From NCBI GenBank assembly GCA_002269645.1, contig NIVC01003945.1, positions 4,441 to 68,440 of the forward strand: 64,000 bases of DNA, in the 5' to 3' direction. Origin of the DNA: Macrostomum lignano. Taxonomy: Eukaryota. Below, one piece after another: positions 44,715-56,045 of the stretch. Under the pieces are notes generated by a model. It ran no database searches. It was not told the DNA's origin and saw only the letters and a list, made by a program, of their open reading frames with translations. Position 1 is the stretch's first letter, and every line of letters starts with the position of its first letter. The position numbers and the translations under genes were made by a program.

Positions 44715-45185
44715 GTGAGACTAGCGATAGAATGGTGATGGGGAGACAGGGAGAAATAGGGGAAGCTGGAGGGGGATGGAGAAGAGAGGGATGTTCTTCT
44801 GAAGGTTCGTTAAAGCAAGCCGAGGTGTCTGACGAGCTGTTTTTCCACAGCACAGCAATTGTCATCGCAAGAAACTCCCGCGAAAAACCGCTCCACAGGA
44901 AGCCAGCTTCCAGATGGAAAGATCCCAGTGGCTCGAGGAGAAATCCAAGGTGATCGGCTACCAGCGACAGCTTCAGGCAAACCAGAAACAACTTGTTGCA
45001 ACTTGCCGACACCTGGAAGGCGAGGTGGCTCGCCTCACCGAGCTGCTGGAGTCGGGAATGAGTCCGCAGCTGCAAGGGAAGTAGCCGCTGGGACGGGATG
45101 ACATTCAAGCTGAACTTTGCGTTTGAATTTGTGCCAGTTGATGTTGCAGCAGATGATTTATCAGTGCACCGCCAGCTGAGGGCTG

Positions 45186-46810
45186 AGGAGGGGCAGGTGT
45201 CCACCAACTGTGACTGAGGAGGAGGGGCAGGTGTCCACCAACTGTGACTGAGGAGGAGGGGCAGGTGTCCACCAACTGTGACTGAGAAGGAGGGGCAGGT
45301 GTCCACCAACTGAGGACTAAGGAGGAGGAGGGCAGGTGTCCACCAACTGAGGACTAAGGAGGAGGGGCAGGTGTCCACCAGCTGTGACTGAGGAGGAGGG
45401 GCAGGTGTCCACCAACTGTGACTGAGGAGGAGGGGCAGGTGTCCACCAACTGAGGACTAAGGAGGAGGAGGGCAGGTGTCCACCAACTGAGGACTAAGGA
45501 GGAGGAGGGCAGGTGTCCACCAACTGAGGACTAAGGAGGAGGAGGGCAGGTGTCCACCAACTGAGGGCTAAGGAGGAGGGGCAGGTGTCCACCAGCTGTG
45601 ACTGAGGAGGAGGGGCAGGTGTCCACCAACTGAGGACTAAGGAGGAGGGGCAGGTGTCCACCAACTGAGGACTAAGGAGGAGGGGCAGGTGTCCACCAAC
45701 TGAGGACTAAGGAGGAGGAGGGCAGGTGTCCACCAACTGAGGACTAAGGAGGAGGGGCAGGTGTCCACCAGCTGTGACTGAGGAGGAGGGGCAGGTGTCC
45801 ACCAACTGAGGACTAAGGAGGAGGGGCAGGTGTCCACCAACTGAGGACTAAGGAGGAGGAGGGCAGGTGTCCACCAACTGAGGACTAAGGAGGAGGGGCA
45901 GGTGTCCACCAGCTGTGACTGAGGAGGAGGGGCAGGTGTCCACCAACTGAGGACTAAGGAGGAGGGGCAGGTGTCCACCAACTGAGGACTAAGGAGGAGG
46001 AGGGCAGGTGTCCACCAACTGAGGACTAAGGAGGAGGAGGGCAGGTGTCCACCAACTGAGGACTAAGGAGGAGGAGGGCAGGTGTCCACCAACTGAGGAC
46101 TAAGGAGGAGGAGGGCAGGTGTCCACCAACTGTGACTGAGGAGGAGGGGCAGGTGTCCACCAACTGAGGACTAAGGAGGAGGAGGGCAGGTGTCCACCAA
46201 CTGAGGACTAAGGAGGAGGAGGGCAGGTGTCCACCAACTGAGGACTAAGGAGGAGGAGGGCAGGTGTCCACCAACTGAGGACTAAGGAGGAGGGGCAGGT
46301 GTCCACCAGCTGTGACTGAGGAGGAGGGGCAGGTGTCCACCAACTGAGGACTAAGGAGGAGGGGCAGGTGTCCACCAACTGAGGACTAAGGAGGAGGAGG
46401 GCAGGTGTCCACCAACTGAGGACTAAGGAGGAGGAGGGCAGGTGTCCACCAGCTGTGACTGAGGAGGAGGGGCAGGTGTCCACCAACTGAGGACTAAGGA
46501 GGAGGGGCAGGTGTCCACCAACTGAGGACTAAGGAGGAGGAGGGCAGGTGTCCACCAACTGAGGACTAAGGAGGAGGAGGGCAGGTGTCCACCAACTGAG
46601 GACTAAGGAGGAGGGGCAGGTGTCCACCAGCTGTGACTGAGGAGGAGGGGCAGGTGTCCACCAACTGAGGACTAAGGAGGAGGGGCAGGTGTCCACCAAC
46701 TGAGGACTAAGGAGGAGGGGCAGGTGTCCACCAACTGAGGACTAAGGAGGAGGGGCAGGTGTCCACCAGCTGTGACTGAGGAGGAGGGGCAGGTGTCCAC
46801 CAGCTGAGGA
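45186..46810. repeat. 35-38-bp purine-rich minisatellite (GAGGAGGGGCAGGTGTCCACCAACTGAGGACTAAG)
   Basis: Direct reading. Confidence 0.96.
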
Positions 46811-47133
46811 CCGAGGGTGTAGAAGTTCCACAAAGTTTCAAGGTACGATCTTATCAATTGATAGTTCATAAACTTTCGACCAGAGCCATACGCGTCAAAA
46901 CTTTCTAAATGTTGTAATTCAACTTTCGAGCCTCGAGTTGATTCAAAGCAAAACTGGAAGGCAGGCTGCAGTTGAAAAAAAGCTTTGCTTTTGTATTAAT
47001 ATACATGTTCGTTAATTAACACAGACTTGCTTTCTCGGTTATTTGTTTATTTAAAGTACTGCTTTAAAATGTGAACTGTTATAATATTCTTTATTATCCC
47101 ACAACCCACCCTTCAGGTCTGCCCTAGTCTCAA

Positions 47134-47548
47134 TACCCATCCCAATACCCATCCCAATACCCATCCCAATAACCATCCCAATACCCATCCCAATAACCAT
47201 CCCAATACCCCTCCCAATACCCATCCCAATACCCATCCCAATACCCATCTCAATACCCATCCCAATACCCATCCCAATACCCATCCGAATAACCATCCCA
47301 ATACCCATCCCAATAACCATCCCAATACCCATCCTAATACCCATCCTAATACCCATCCCAATACCCATCCCAATACCCATCCCAATACCCATCCCAATAC
47401 CCATCCCAATACCCATCCCAATACCCATCCCAATACCCATCCCAATACCCATCCCAATACCCATCCCAATACCCATCCCAATACCCATCCCAATACCCAT
47501 CCCAATACCCATCCCAATACCCATCTCAATACCTATCCCAATACCCAT
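47134..47548. repeat. 12-bp repeat (CCCATCCCAATA)
   Basis: Direct reading. Confidence 0.96.
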
Positions 47549-48165
47549 CTACATCAATAACTTTGGAAGTAATTGTAGTTGTGCAATTTCAAGAAAACCG
47601 ATAAAGCTTATCGATGGAAGAGCTAATAATCAAGTGTGATATTAAAAGCATTTGCTAAAATTAAAAGTTCACGCGGAATCGGAATGTACACGGTACATGC
47701 AGCAGTGAATGCGCTGTAAGAGCTAACAGTTAACAGGTGATAAAGCAAACAGTCAGTCGGCAAGGAAATGCACTGCAACACACAGATACAGCACTTGAAA
47801 AGACACGGAATTGTGTAAAAGCATTTACAGAAAATTTCTTCATTCATACAATTATTGTTGGCAGTTGTGCACAATAAATGAATCGAAAAACTTCTGCACA
47901 AAATTGATGGATTAAAAATCGGTGCCAAAAGTATCAAATAAACTTTTGAAAACAAAATTCAAATATATTACACGGGAGAGGCACCTCAGCACGCGCGCGG
48001 GAAGTTTTTGTTCGTTTGTTAAAATGCAGAGAAATTCCGGAAAGTTCCGGTTAAGGCTAATATGGGTAGTTCAGGGACTCGCTGGACTGCTGGGAATGCT
48101 CATCTCGGCTGCGCATGCTGAGAACCCTCTGCGGCCTGGATATGAGGTTCAGTTTGAGGCTTAGT

Positions 48166-48465
48166 GGCAGTTCAGGGTAGATTGGTTGGGAGTTCAGGGT
48201 AGATTGGTTGGCAGTTCAGGGTAAATAGATTGGCAGTTCAGGGTAAATAGATTGGCAGTTTAGGGTAGATTGGATCGGAAGTTCAGGTTAAATTGGATTG
48301 GCAGTTCAGGGTAGATTGGATTGGCAGTTCAGGGTAGATTGATTGGCAGTTCAGGGTAGATTGATTGGCAGTTCAGGGTAGATTGATTGGCAGTTCAGGG
48401 TAGATAGATCGGAAGTTCAGGACAGATAGATCGGCAGTTCAGGGTAGATTGGCTGGTAGTTCAGG
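48166..48465. repeat. ~22-bp minisatellite (GGCAGTTCAGGGTAGATTGATT)
   Basis: Direct reading. Confidence 0.9.
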
Positions 48466-48474
48466 GCGCTCAAC

Positions 48475-50386
48475 TCACCCCGCATTTCTATGCTTCCGAC
48501 CGTGCAGTGCCAGGTGGTCGGATCTGGAGAAGCCGCGGCCGCAGATGCCACAGCGGAACGGCCGCTCGCCAGTGTGGCGCCGCCGGTGCCTCGTCAGCTC
48601 GTCGGAGCGGGCGAAGCGCCAGCGGCAGCCGGGCCAGGCGCAGGCGTACGGCTTTTCCCCGGTGTGGGTCCTCTCGTGCGACCGCAGGTGCGACAGTTTG
48701 GCGTAGGCCCGGCCGCAGCCCGGCGCGAAGCAGACGTGCCGAGCTGTCGAACAAGTCGAAGACGCAGCGGATGCTTCGCCGCTGCTTTTCTCACTGCGCC
48801 GACGCCAGCGCTGACGCCCGGGACTGCGCAGATGCGGGGGCGAGGAGACGGGAGAAGTCGGAGTTGGTAGCAGCGAAGGTGGCGGCAGCGGTGGCGGTGG
48901 TGGAGGATGCATTCCAGAGTTGCACGCGGTCGCGGAGTGCTCCAGGATGAAGTCGAGGTCCAGCAGGGACTCCCAGACCGGCCAGCAGCAGTCGTCGAGG
49001 CTGGCGCAGGGCTGCGGCTGCAGTTCCAGCGGCGGTGGCGACGGTAGCGGCGGCAGCGACAGTGACGCCTGCGAGCTGGCTGCGACTGTCTGAAGGGCAA
49101 AGTGGCATGCAATCGGTGCAGATCCTTGGATGTTCTTACCAGACTGACTCAATGAGAGAAATAGACCCAAAGCAGAGCAAACTAGATCAGACAAGACTCA
49201 TAGTATCAAAACAAACTTGAATGATGAGACCAGACTCAAGATATCTGAAAAGACGCGAAGGATCAGACCAGACTCAAAGGATCAGACCAGATCAGACCAG
49301 ACTCAAAGGTTCAGACCAGACCCAAAGGATCAGGCCAGACTCAAAGGTTCAGACCAGACTCAAAGGATCAGGCCAGACTCAAAGGTTCAGACCAGACTCA
49401 AAGGTTCAGACCAGACTCAAAGGATCAGACCAGACTCAAAGGTTCAGACCAGACTCAAAGGTTCAGACCAGACTCAAAGGATCAGACCAGATCAGACCAG
49501 ACTCAAAGGATCAGACCAGACTCAAAGGATCAGACCAGACTCAAAGGTTCAGACCAGACTCAAAGGATCAGACCAGACTCAAAGGATCAGACCAGACTCA
49601 AAGGTTCAGACCAGACTCAAAGGATCAGACCAGACTCAAAGGATCAGACCAGACTCAAAGGTTCAGACCAGACTCAAAGGATCAGACCAGATCAGACCAG
49701 ACTCAAAGGTTCAGACCAGACTCAAAGGATCAGACCAGACTCAAAGGTTCAGACCAGACTCAAAGGTTCAGACCAGACTCAAAGGATCAGACCAGACTCA
49801 AAGGTTCAGACCAGACTCAAAGGATCAGACCAGACTCAAAGGATCAGACCAGACTCAAAGGTTCAGACCAGACTCAAAGGATCAGACCAGATCAGACCAG
49901 ACTCAAAGGTTCAGACCAGACTCAAAGGATCAGACCAGACTCAAAGGTTCAGACCAGACTCAAAGGTTCAGACCAGACTCAAAGGATCAGACCAGACTCA
50001 AAGGTTCAGACCAGACTCAAAGGATCAGACCAGACTCAAAGTATCAGACCAGATCAGACCAGACTCAAAGGATCAGACCAGACTCAAAGGATCAGACCAG
50101 ACTCAAAGGTTCAGACCAGACTCAAAGGTTCAGACCAGACTCAAAGGATCAGACCAGACTCAAAGTATCAGACCAGATCAGACCAGACTCAGGCCGAAAG
50201 ACAACGCTAATTAATGTTTAACCTCAGATCGCTGAGTTGCATTCCTTCCGGTGTCCACTTCCGGGAGCTGCAGGGGGCCGTCCGCAAACAGGCTGTCTCT
50301 GCAGTAGTCGTGGTAGATCATTGCTGAGCAGTTGAGAACCTTACTGTAAATTGACTCCGGTTGCAGTAAAGACCAACCATACGCAT
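48475..50386 (-). CDS. klf4-like: Kruppel-like factor, KLF2/4-like
   Basis: Three C2H2 fingers with KLF signatures ([29 protein letters not shown]; [29 protein letters not shown]; [21 protein letters not shown]) and an LLDLDFIL motif as in KLF2/4. Main exon 48475-49089. Upstream exon 50345-50386 ([14 protein letters not shown]) is tentative but phase-consistent. Confidence 0.88.
49230..50190. repeat. 19-bp minisatellite (AGACCAGACTCAAAGGATC/GTTC) in the KLF intron
   Basis: Direct reading. Confidence 0.96.
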
Positions 50387-51302
50387 TCGGAAGGACAGCT
50401 CAGCGTCGGTTTAGTTTTGCGTTATCGCGCGCTCTCGCAGTTACCAAGAATTGTAGCAAATTTCTCGCACAGCCTATTATTTATTGCGCTGGGCGTTGCT
50501 CGCCGCTCCGACCCTCAGACGTGTAGTGGAATTCCCGCGCAGTGTGCGACCCAGACTGTACATTGAGAATAAGTGTACGATGGCGGCGCCTAGCCCCAGC
50601 TGTATTGCTGTTGTTACTAAAAATAGTTTTTTGAGACTGGCGTAGCAATAAATGCAAATGCGTGTGGCGGTCGGCAGCCATAAATGGAACGCTGAGTGTG
50701 CCAGTCTAAATTTAGAAACAAACTTTCTATTTAATTTAGGTCGAAAGCGTGCTCAAATATTTAATGAGATTAGCTGGATTAATAGCTTCGTCGCTTCGAT
50801 CCCTTCGTCTCTCGGGATTTAATCACATACCGACCTCAAACCCATAGAATGTCTGATTTAAACTACTTTAATTTTGCTGGATGTATTCACATAAATCCCG
50901 GAGCCATACTTGTATGTCTATGGTTGAAGTTGGGGATGGGGGTGTGGAAGCGAAGCCCCTGCTGGGGGTGTGGGGGCATTCTTACCATAGACAAAATTTC
51001 ATTAAGAAATTTCTCGAGTCACGAAGGAAGAGAAGAGAGAAGCTCGCTTATTTAGATACATACAATAATCCTTGCAATATGTCCGGGAAAGTGATCGATT
51101 GAATCCCGCAAAATAAAATCTATGTCAATAACCTCCCTGAAAGTGAGCTTTAATGTGGTTTAAAAATAGAGAATTATATTGTAAGATTGTCTAACTTCTA
51201 AGTTAACCGCATTAATGGCAGGAGTTCGTATGAGTAGCTCTGATTTAATTAAATGATGTGTGTACTCCAGATAATACATAATATAATACGTTAGCTGAAT
51301 CA

Positions 51303-51515
51303 ACTGAAGCATCAAGGCAGGGGGTAGCGGGATCTACTGAAGCATTAGGGCAGGGGGTAGCGGGATCTAATGAAGCATCAAGGCAGGGGGTAGCGGGATC
51401 TAATGAAGCATCAAGGCAGGGAGTAGAGGGTAGCGGGATCTAATGAAGCATCAAGGCAGGGGTAGCGGGATCTACTGAAGCATCAAGACAGGGAATAGCG
51501 GGATCTACTGAAGCA
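51303..51515. repeat. ~33-bp tandem repeat x ~6
   Basis: tgaagcatcaaggcagggggtagcgggatcta units. Confidence 0.88.
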
Positions 51516-51728
51516 ACATTAGGTGTTGCTCGTACTCACTAAACCTCAAAAATTGCTTTGGTCCACTGCGGTTATAAAATCCAGCTTTCGTTGAATACTA
51601 CTGAAAGTAGAGAAGCAAGAACACGTCAATGTGTTTAGAAAAATTCCAAAACATTTTTTTATGAACGAAAATCAAAACTAATTTGGGTTTTGGTATATTT
51701 ACAAAAAATCTTTCAGACGTTCTCAAAT

Positions 51729-51914
51729 GCGCAGCTCACTGGTCTACAGTGACGCTCTGGTGTGTCAGTGGCCCGGGCTCGATTCCAAGTGCAGTCGCAT
51801 TAATTTGGGGCTAGATTGGAATCCCCAGAGTGGCTCTGCTCGTGCAGTTAACGGCCTTGAAGGCCAACCTTCCAAGGCGCAGTGAAGTGTACATGCCTAA
51901 CGATAAATAAGGTT
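51729..51914 (+). mobile_element. tRNA-derived SINE, 5' part, same family as 2130-2493
   Basis: Clear similarity to the reverse complement of 2298-2487, with B-box GGCTCGATTCC. Confidence 0.75.
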
Positions 51915-52236
51915 ACCGTAGGGACGCTGTACACTCCTTCGTAAGTCGGTGGAATGGGCGGAATGGGCAGTAATGCCTCTCGCCGGTTGTTTGACAAGTT
52001 GCTTAAAGTGCTCAAGGGTGCACACAGCCCATTTCTCGAACTAAACAGGTGTTCTCAAGTTATCAATTCTTTCCATGAGTTAATCAAATATCAAAGACGG
52101 ATTAGTGTTATTAAAACATTATTCGAAACAACAACTCTGTACAGAAAGCGAACTGATTAAAAGTGGCACAGAAAAATAAAAGCAAAGGTAAGAAATTGCG
52201 TTAAATTCTTTAAGCAAGCGGGAGCCCGCACTGAGC

Positions 52237-52443
52237 TCAGGCATCCAGCAGGTTAATAAGCGGCAGCTTGTTGAAGTCGCATCCGTGATCTCGGCTGTCG
52301 TAGAATTTCACCAGCTCGGAGTCGCACTCCGGCTGGGGGTGTCCGGCGTCCAGGACGGCCAGGCACTCGTAGCTTTGCGGCGCTGCAGTTCGGGGCTGGC
52401 CGATGGCTGCGATGGTCTTTTGCACCAACTGGTGCTGGTCGAC
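52237..52443 (-). CDS. Terminal coding exon of an unidentified host gene
   Basis: Acceptor ccgccag| then VDQHQLVQKTIAAIGQPRTAAPQSYECLAVLDAGHPQPECDSELVKFYDSRDHGCDFNKLPLINLLDA*, with host-like GC3-rich codons. Confidence 0.5.
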   Translation of the reverse strand, partial: VDQHQLVQKTIAAIGQPRTAAPQSYECLAVLDAGHPQPECDSELVKFYDSRDHGCDFNKLPLINLLDA

Positions 52444-52479
52444 CTGGCGGGGCGGCGGTCGGGTTGAATATCCTTGGGG

Positions 52480-53055
52480 TTGCTTTGTTTGGGCATCTAT
52501 GACTGCTTTGATAGGGTGTCTATGGCTGCTTTGATAGGGTGTCTATGACTGCTTTGATTGGGTGTCCTTGGCTGCATTGATTGGGTGTCTATGGCTGCTT
52601 TGATTGGGTGTCCTTGGCTGCTTTGATTGGGTGTCCTTGGCTGCATTGATTGGGTGTCTATGGCTGCTTTGATTGGGTGTCCTTGGCTGCTTTGATTGGG
52701 TGTCTATGGCTGCTTTGATTGGGTGTTTTGACTGCTTTTTTTAAATGTCCCTGGCTGCTTTGATTGGGTGTCCTTAGCTGCTTTGTTTGGGTGTCTATGG
52801 CTGCTTTGATTGGGCGTCTATGGCTGCTTTGATTGGGTGTCCTTGGCTGCTTTGATTGGGTGTCCTTGGCTGCTTTGATTTGATTGGGTGTCCTTGGCTG
52901 CTTTGATTGGGTGTCCTTAGCTGCTTTGATTGGGTGTCCTTGGCTGCTTTGATAAGGTGTCCTTGGCTGCTTTGATAAGGTGTCCTTGGCTGCTTTGATT
53001 GGGTGTCTATGGCTGTTTTGTTTGGGTGTCCTTAGCTGCTTTGTTTGGGCATCTA
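52480..53055. repeat. 24-bp minisatellite (GGCTGCTTTGATTGGGTGTCCTT/CTAT)
   Basis: Direct reading; ends abruptly where the viral-like element begins. Confidence 0.94.
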
Positions 53056-53094
53056 AGTAGAAGGCATGAGGGGGCTTTTGGGACAAAATTTTTC

Positions 53095-53395
53095 ACATCC
53101 TCCATAATCCCATTAAATCCATCCATATTATCCCTGACAGAATCAGAAAAAAAGGGGGGTCGCACTCGCTCACAAAACATCCTCCATAATCCACCTAAAT
53201 CCATCCATATTATCCCTGACAGAATCAGAAAAAAGGGGGGTCGCACTCGCTCACAAAACGTCCTCCATAATCCACCTAAATCCATCCATATTATCCCTGA
53301 CAGAATCATGAAAAAGGGGAGGGGCCGCACTTGCTCCGAAAACTTCGAACATAATCCTATTAAATCCATCCATATTATCCCTGACAGAATCAGAG
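53095..53395. repeat. ~81-bp subterminal tandem repeat x ~4
   Basis: cataatccacctaaatccatccatattatccctgacagaatcagaaaaaagggggg... recurs near 53099, 53181, 53262 and 53349. Confidence 0.9.
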
Positions 53396-53599
53396 CAGGT
53401 GTCCACTGATACCCGTTATGCTCACTGACACAGACATCATCCACTGACATCCACCCATAGCATCTTCGAAACAATCAGAAAATAATCTGCATTCTTATCC
53501 CCACATTCAATTCGCAACATGAAACCAGATCCCTAAAACTTTAAATCATCAGCGCAGGGTCCTTACCCTTTGAAAAAAAGTAATAAATTCTCAATAAAA

Positions 53600-53839
53600 A
53601 TGTTTCCAGTTGTCTCTCCAGGTTCTTATTACAAAGCGCACGAGCCTAATTACAAGAGTAAGTACCGATGCAAACTTGAATGCAGCGAATACATGAGAAA
53701 ATATTGGCCCGACGTTCAAATCAATGTCCCTAATATTAATCTAGCTCTCCAAAGACATTGGTTTCATAAGTATGGAGTAACCTATGTAAAAGATTATGAC
53801 AGCTACTATAACTTTGCAGAAATCATTAGGCAATTGTGA
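53600..53839 (+). CDS. Hypothetical small Tyr-rich viral protein (79 aa from ATG), left arm
   Basis: Intact and identical in both arms; AAAAATG start context. Confidence 0.6.
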   Translation: MFPVVSPGSYYKAHEPNYKSKYRCKLECSEYMRKYWPDVQINVPNINLALQRHWFHKYGVTYVKDYDSYYNFAEIIRQL

Positions 53840-53843
53840 TTTC

Positions 53844-54707
53844 TCACATTCTCTCAATGATTAACGTCAATACAAACTCTTCCCCATTAAAATCAACGCC
53901 CATCCCATCTTCAGTCTCAAACTGTAGCACAATCTCGTGAATCTCCTTATTACTCAATACAACTCTTTTCACTGGATTTGGTTTCTCTACCACCATCTGT
54001 CCTCCAGCTACAGAGTTGGAGATGTTGTACAAAATATTCGTTCGCTTTCCCTTAAATACCCAATCAAGACTGAGATTAGTTCTGATTAGAATATTCAAAC
54101 CCTTTACAATGTCTGCTATATTGGGTGCTAAGAACAAACCGCGTACACTTTCCCGGGCCATGATAACAGCCCCCGTCGCTTGAGTGACAGTCCGCGCTGT
54201 GGATTCTGCCTTATAAACTTTCTTCACGAATCCCAATTCCCTATACCAAGTGTCATCTTTAAACTCAACCTCCGCATCTTTGTGAACTTGCATGACCACT
54301 CTCATTACAGTGAGATCATAGGTTAGTTTAACAGGGAACAGTTTCTTCTCTGGCTTACTCATATCAGGTGTCTCAAAATGGCCTCTTTTAGTAAAGACGT
54401 TTTCTAGAAAGTAATTGTAGGTATCCACACTTTGCGTGCTCACAGGGAATACCACAGGTTCTGCTGCTGCACCTTTCCATTTGTAATAAAACTTATTATT
54501 TGCTGCCGTCACATTGGGAACGTTTGACCAACCAGTGAAGTCGTTAAGATAGACATGGTAATTAGCACCTGGATCCAGGCGAATCGCCTGCTCTAATTTT
54601 TGAATAAATATCCCGTTTGAGTCATTAATTCGCCCAGTTATTGTAATAGGAATGCTCTCCTTGGAGTGCGAAATAATATTATTTAGTCTTTCAGCAATCG
54701 CTTCCAT
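53844..54707 (-). CDS. Minor capsid (penton, single jelly-roll) protein, left arm, intact
   Basis: AIRLDPGANYHVYLNDFTGWSNVPNVTAANNKFYY matches the Polinton/adintovirus penton N-terminal pattern (PIxL...YxxxL...SxPNI...NNxFxY). Typical size and position directly after the MCP. Confidence 0.75.
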   Translation of the reverse strand: MEAIAERLNNIISHSKESIPITITGRINDSNGIFIQKLEQAIRLDPGANYHVYLNDFTGWSNVPNVTAANNKFYYKWKGAAAEPVVFPVSTQSVDTYNYFLENVFTKRGHFETPDMSKPEKKLFPVKLTYDLTVMRVVMQVHKDAEVEFKDDTWYRELGFVKKVYKAESTARTVTQATGAVIMARESVRGLFLAPNIADIVKGLNILIRTNLSLDWVFKGKRTNILYNISNSVAGGQMVVEKPNPVKRVVLSNKEIHEIVLQFETEDGMGVDFNGEEFVLTLIIERM

Positions 54708-54728
54708 TTTTTTCACATAAAAAAATAT

Positions 54729-56015
54729 TTAAACTTTACTGGATGAATTGTTGATCATGTTAAGCTTCACCTTCCTCTCAAATGCATAGATAATGTACAA
54801 GTCCACAGGTGTTGCGACAGTCCTCTCAATGTTAGTCACGATATTCACAGGGCTGTTATCAGTAGGCATTTGTCTGGCAGACACATCAGCGCCAAACATT
54901 GGATATAGAGTTCCATATTGAAGAGCAGTGATAGCAATTCCATTGTTCTCTTTCACAGCCAAGTCGACCAACTCGCTATAAAATTTGCTAATCTTGTTCT
55001 GACTGAAATCTCCATTTTGTGGCAGTGCAGGGTAAAGATTATCACTGATTTCATGCTGAATGGACCGCACGTCACCATGCATGTAGCGTATAATGCTATT
55101 TGGGTTTCTCATATTAATAATGATATACCTTGGATTGCTGCATGATCCCTCTTTAATGCAGATGTTTGTTCTAGTTTCGTTTCGCTCATCTAGACACATG
55201 TAGGCTGTGTATGCAACATCAATGTCCTTCTCTATTGCCTTAAGATAGTCTGCTTTTAGTGCAGTCTTTGGCTCAATGACTTCCAAATACAGCTCGATTC
55301 CGGTTAGCTTCACCTCCATCCTTGTGTGGTCCGCCCCAGTCCACAACACTCTACTGCGATCATCTCTAGTCATCTTAAAAGTGTAGCTAAAGTTACTAGT
55401 CAGTCGATTAAATGTACTACAAAATCCACTCATGAATCTCAGTGGTACAAATACATCAACAGACCGATACAGCGGGTTTTTAGCAGCATCATCAGCACCT
55501 TGCAATGCATAGTTGTATCTCTTCTTCCTCTTTTTATAGCCACTGTCATTGGTGTCTCCTTCTTTTTCATCTGCGATAAAACCCGCACCACTTCCCAACT
55601 GAATAAAATCAGGATTCTCGATCAAACAATGAGCGTCATAGACAATTCCAAAGTTGGCGATTCGCTCCAACTCAGTGCTCCCATTCGATACACTAAACTC
55701 CTTGAACATGTACGCCCAAAAGTTACTGATCAGAGCCACATCCGCATCATGCTTGTCAACGTTAGCACGAGCCGCATCCGCACCACCCTTTGTCTTGAAT
55801 TGAAATGTCATATGGAAGCCGCTCTTAAGACTGTGCACACTAACCAAAGACGAACATCCATTGTATGTAAATGTCAGTGTTTGGCCAGGACCAAGATTAG
55901 TTTCATTCTGATTTTCCTGACTGGGAACTCTTACCTGAGTCACTTTGATTGTGCTATCATCACTCAAAATAGGCTTGTTAATTTTGTAGAAAACTGGTGT
56001 CAGTGGGTCGTTCAT
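54729..56015 (-). CDS. Major capsid protein (double jelly-roll, Polinton/adintovirus type), left arm, intact, 428 aa
   Basis: N-terminal ILSDDSTIKVTQVRVPSQ...NL...TFTY; ISNFWAYMFKEFSVSNGSTELERIANFG; VFVPLRFMSGFC; C-terminal YPMFGADVS...NI...LYIIYAFERKV. All fit Polinton-type MCP patterns. Confidence 0.8.
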   Translation of the reverse strand: MNDPLTPVFYKINKPILSDDSTIKVTQVRVPSQENQNETNLGPGQTLTFTYNGCSSLVSVHSLKSGFHMTFQFKTKGGADAARANVDKHDADVALISNFWAYMFKEFSVSNGSTELERIANFGIVYDAHCLIENPDFIQLGSGAGFIADEKEGDTNDSGYKKRKKRYNYALQGADDAAKNPLYRSVDVFVPLRFMSGFCSTFNRLTSNFSYTFKMTRDDRSRVLWTGADHTRMEVKLTGIELYLEVIEPKTALKADYLKAIEKDIDVAYTAYMCLDERNETRTNICIKEGSCSNPRYIIINMRNPNSIIRYMHGDVRSIQHEISDNLYPALPQNGDFSQNKISKFYSELVDLAVKENNGIAITALQYGTLYPMFGADVSARQMPTDNSPVNIVTNIERTVATPVDLYIIYAFERKVKLNMINNSSSKV

Positions 56016-56045
56016 TTTTTAACTAAAAATAAAATAAAATAAGAA

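Noticed and set aside
44800-45110. LINE RT-like remnant (RATGIFPSGSW) on the minus strand
   Set aside because: Too short and decayed to delimit as a feature.
49217-50221. Two ~330-aa repetitive ORFs
   Set aside because: Translation of the 19-bp intronic repeat.
55326-56042. 238-aa ORF antisense to the MCP (mirror at 61322-61951)
   Set aside because: Shadow frame with no motifs; its presence in both arms only reflects the duplication.
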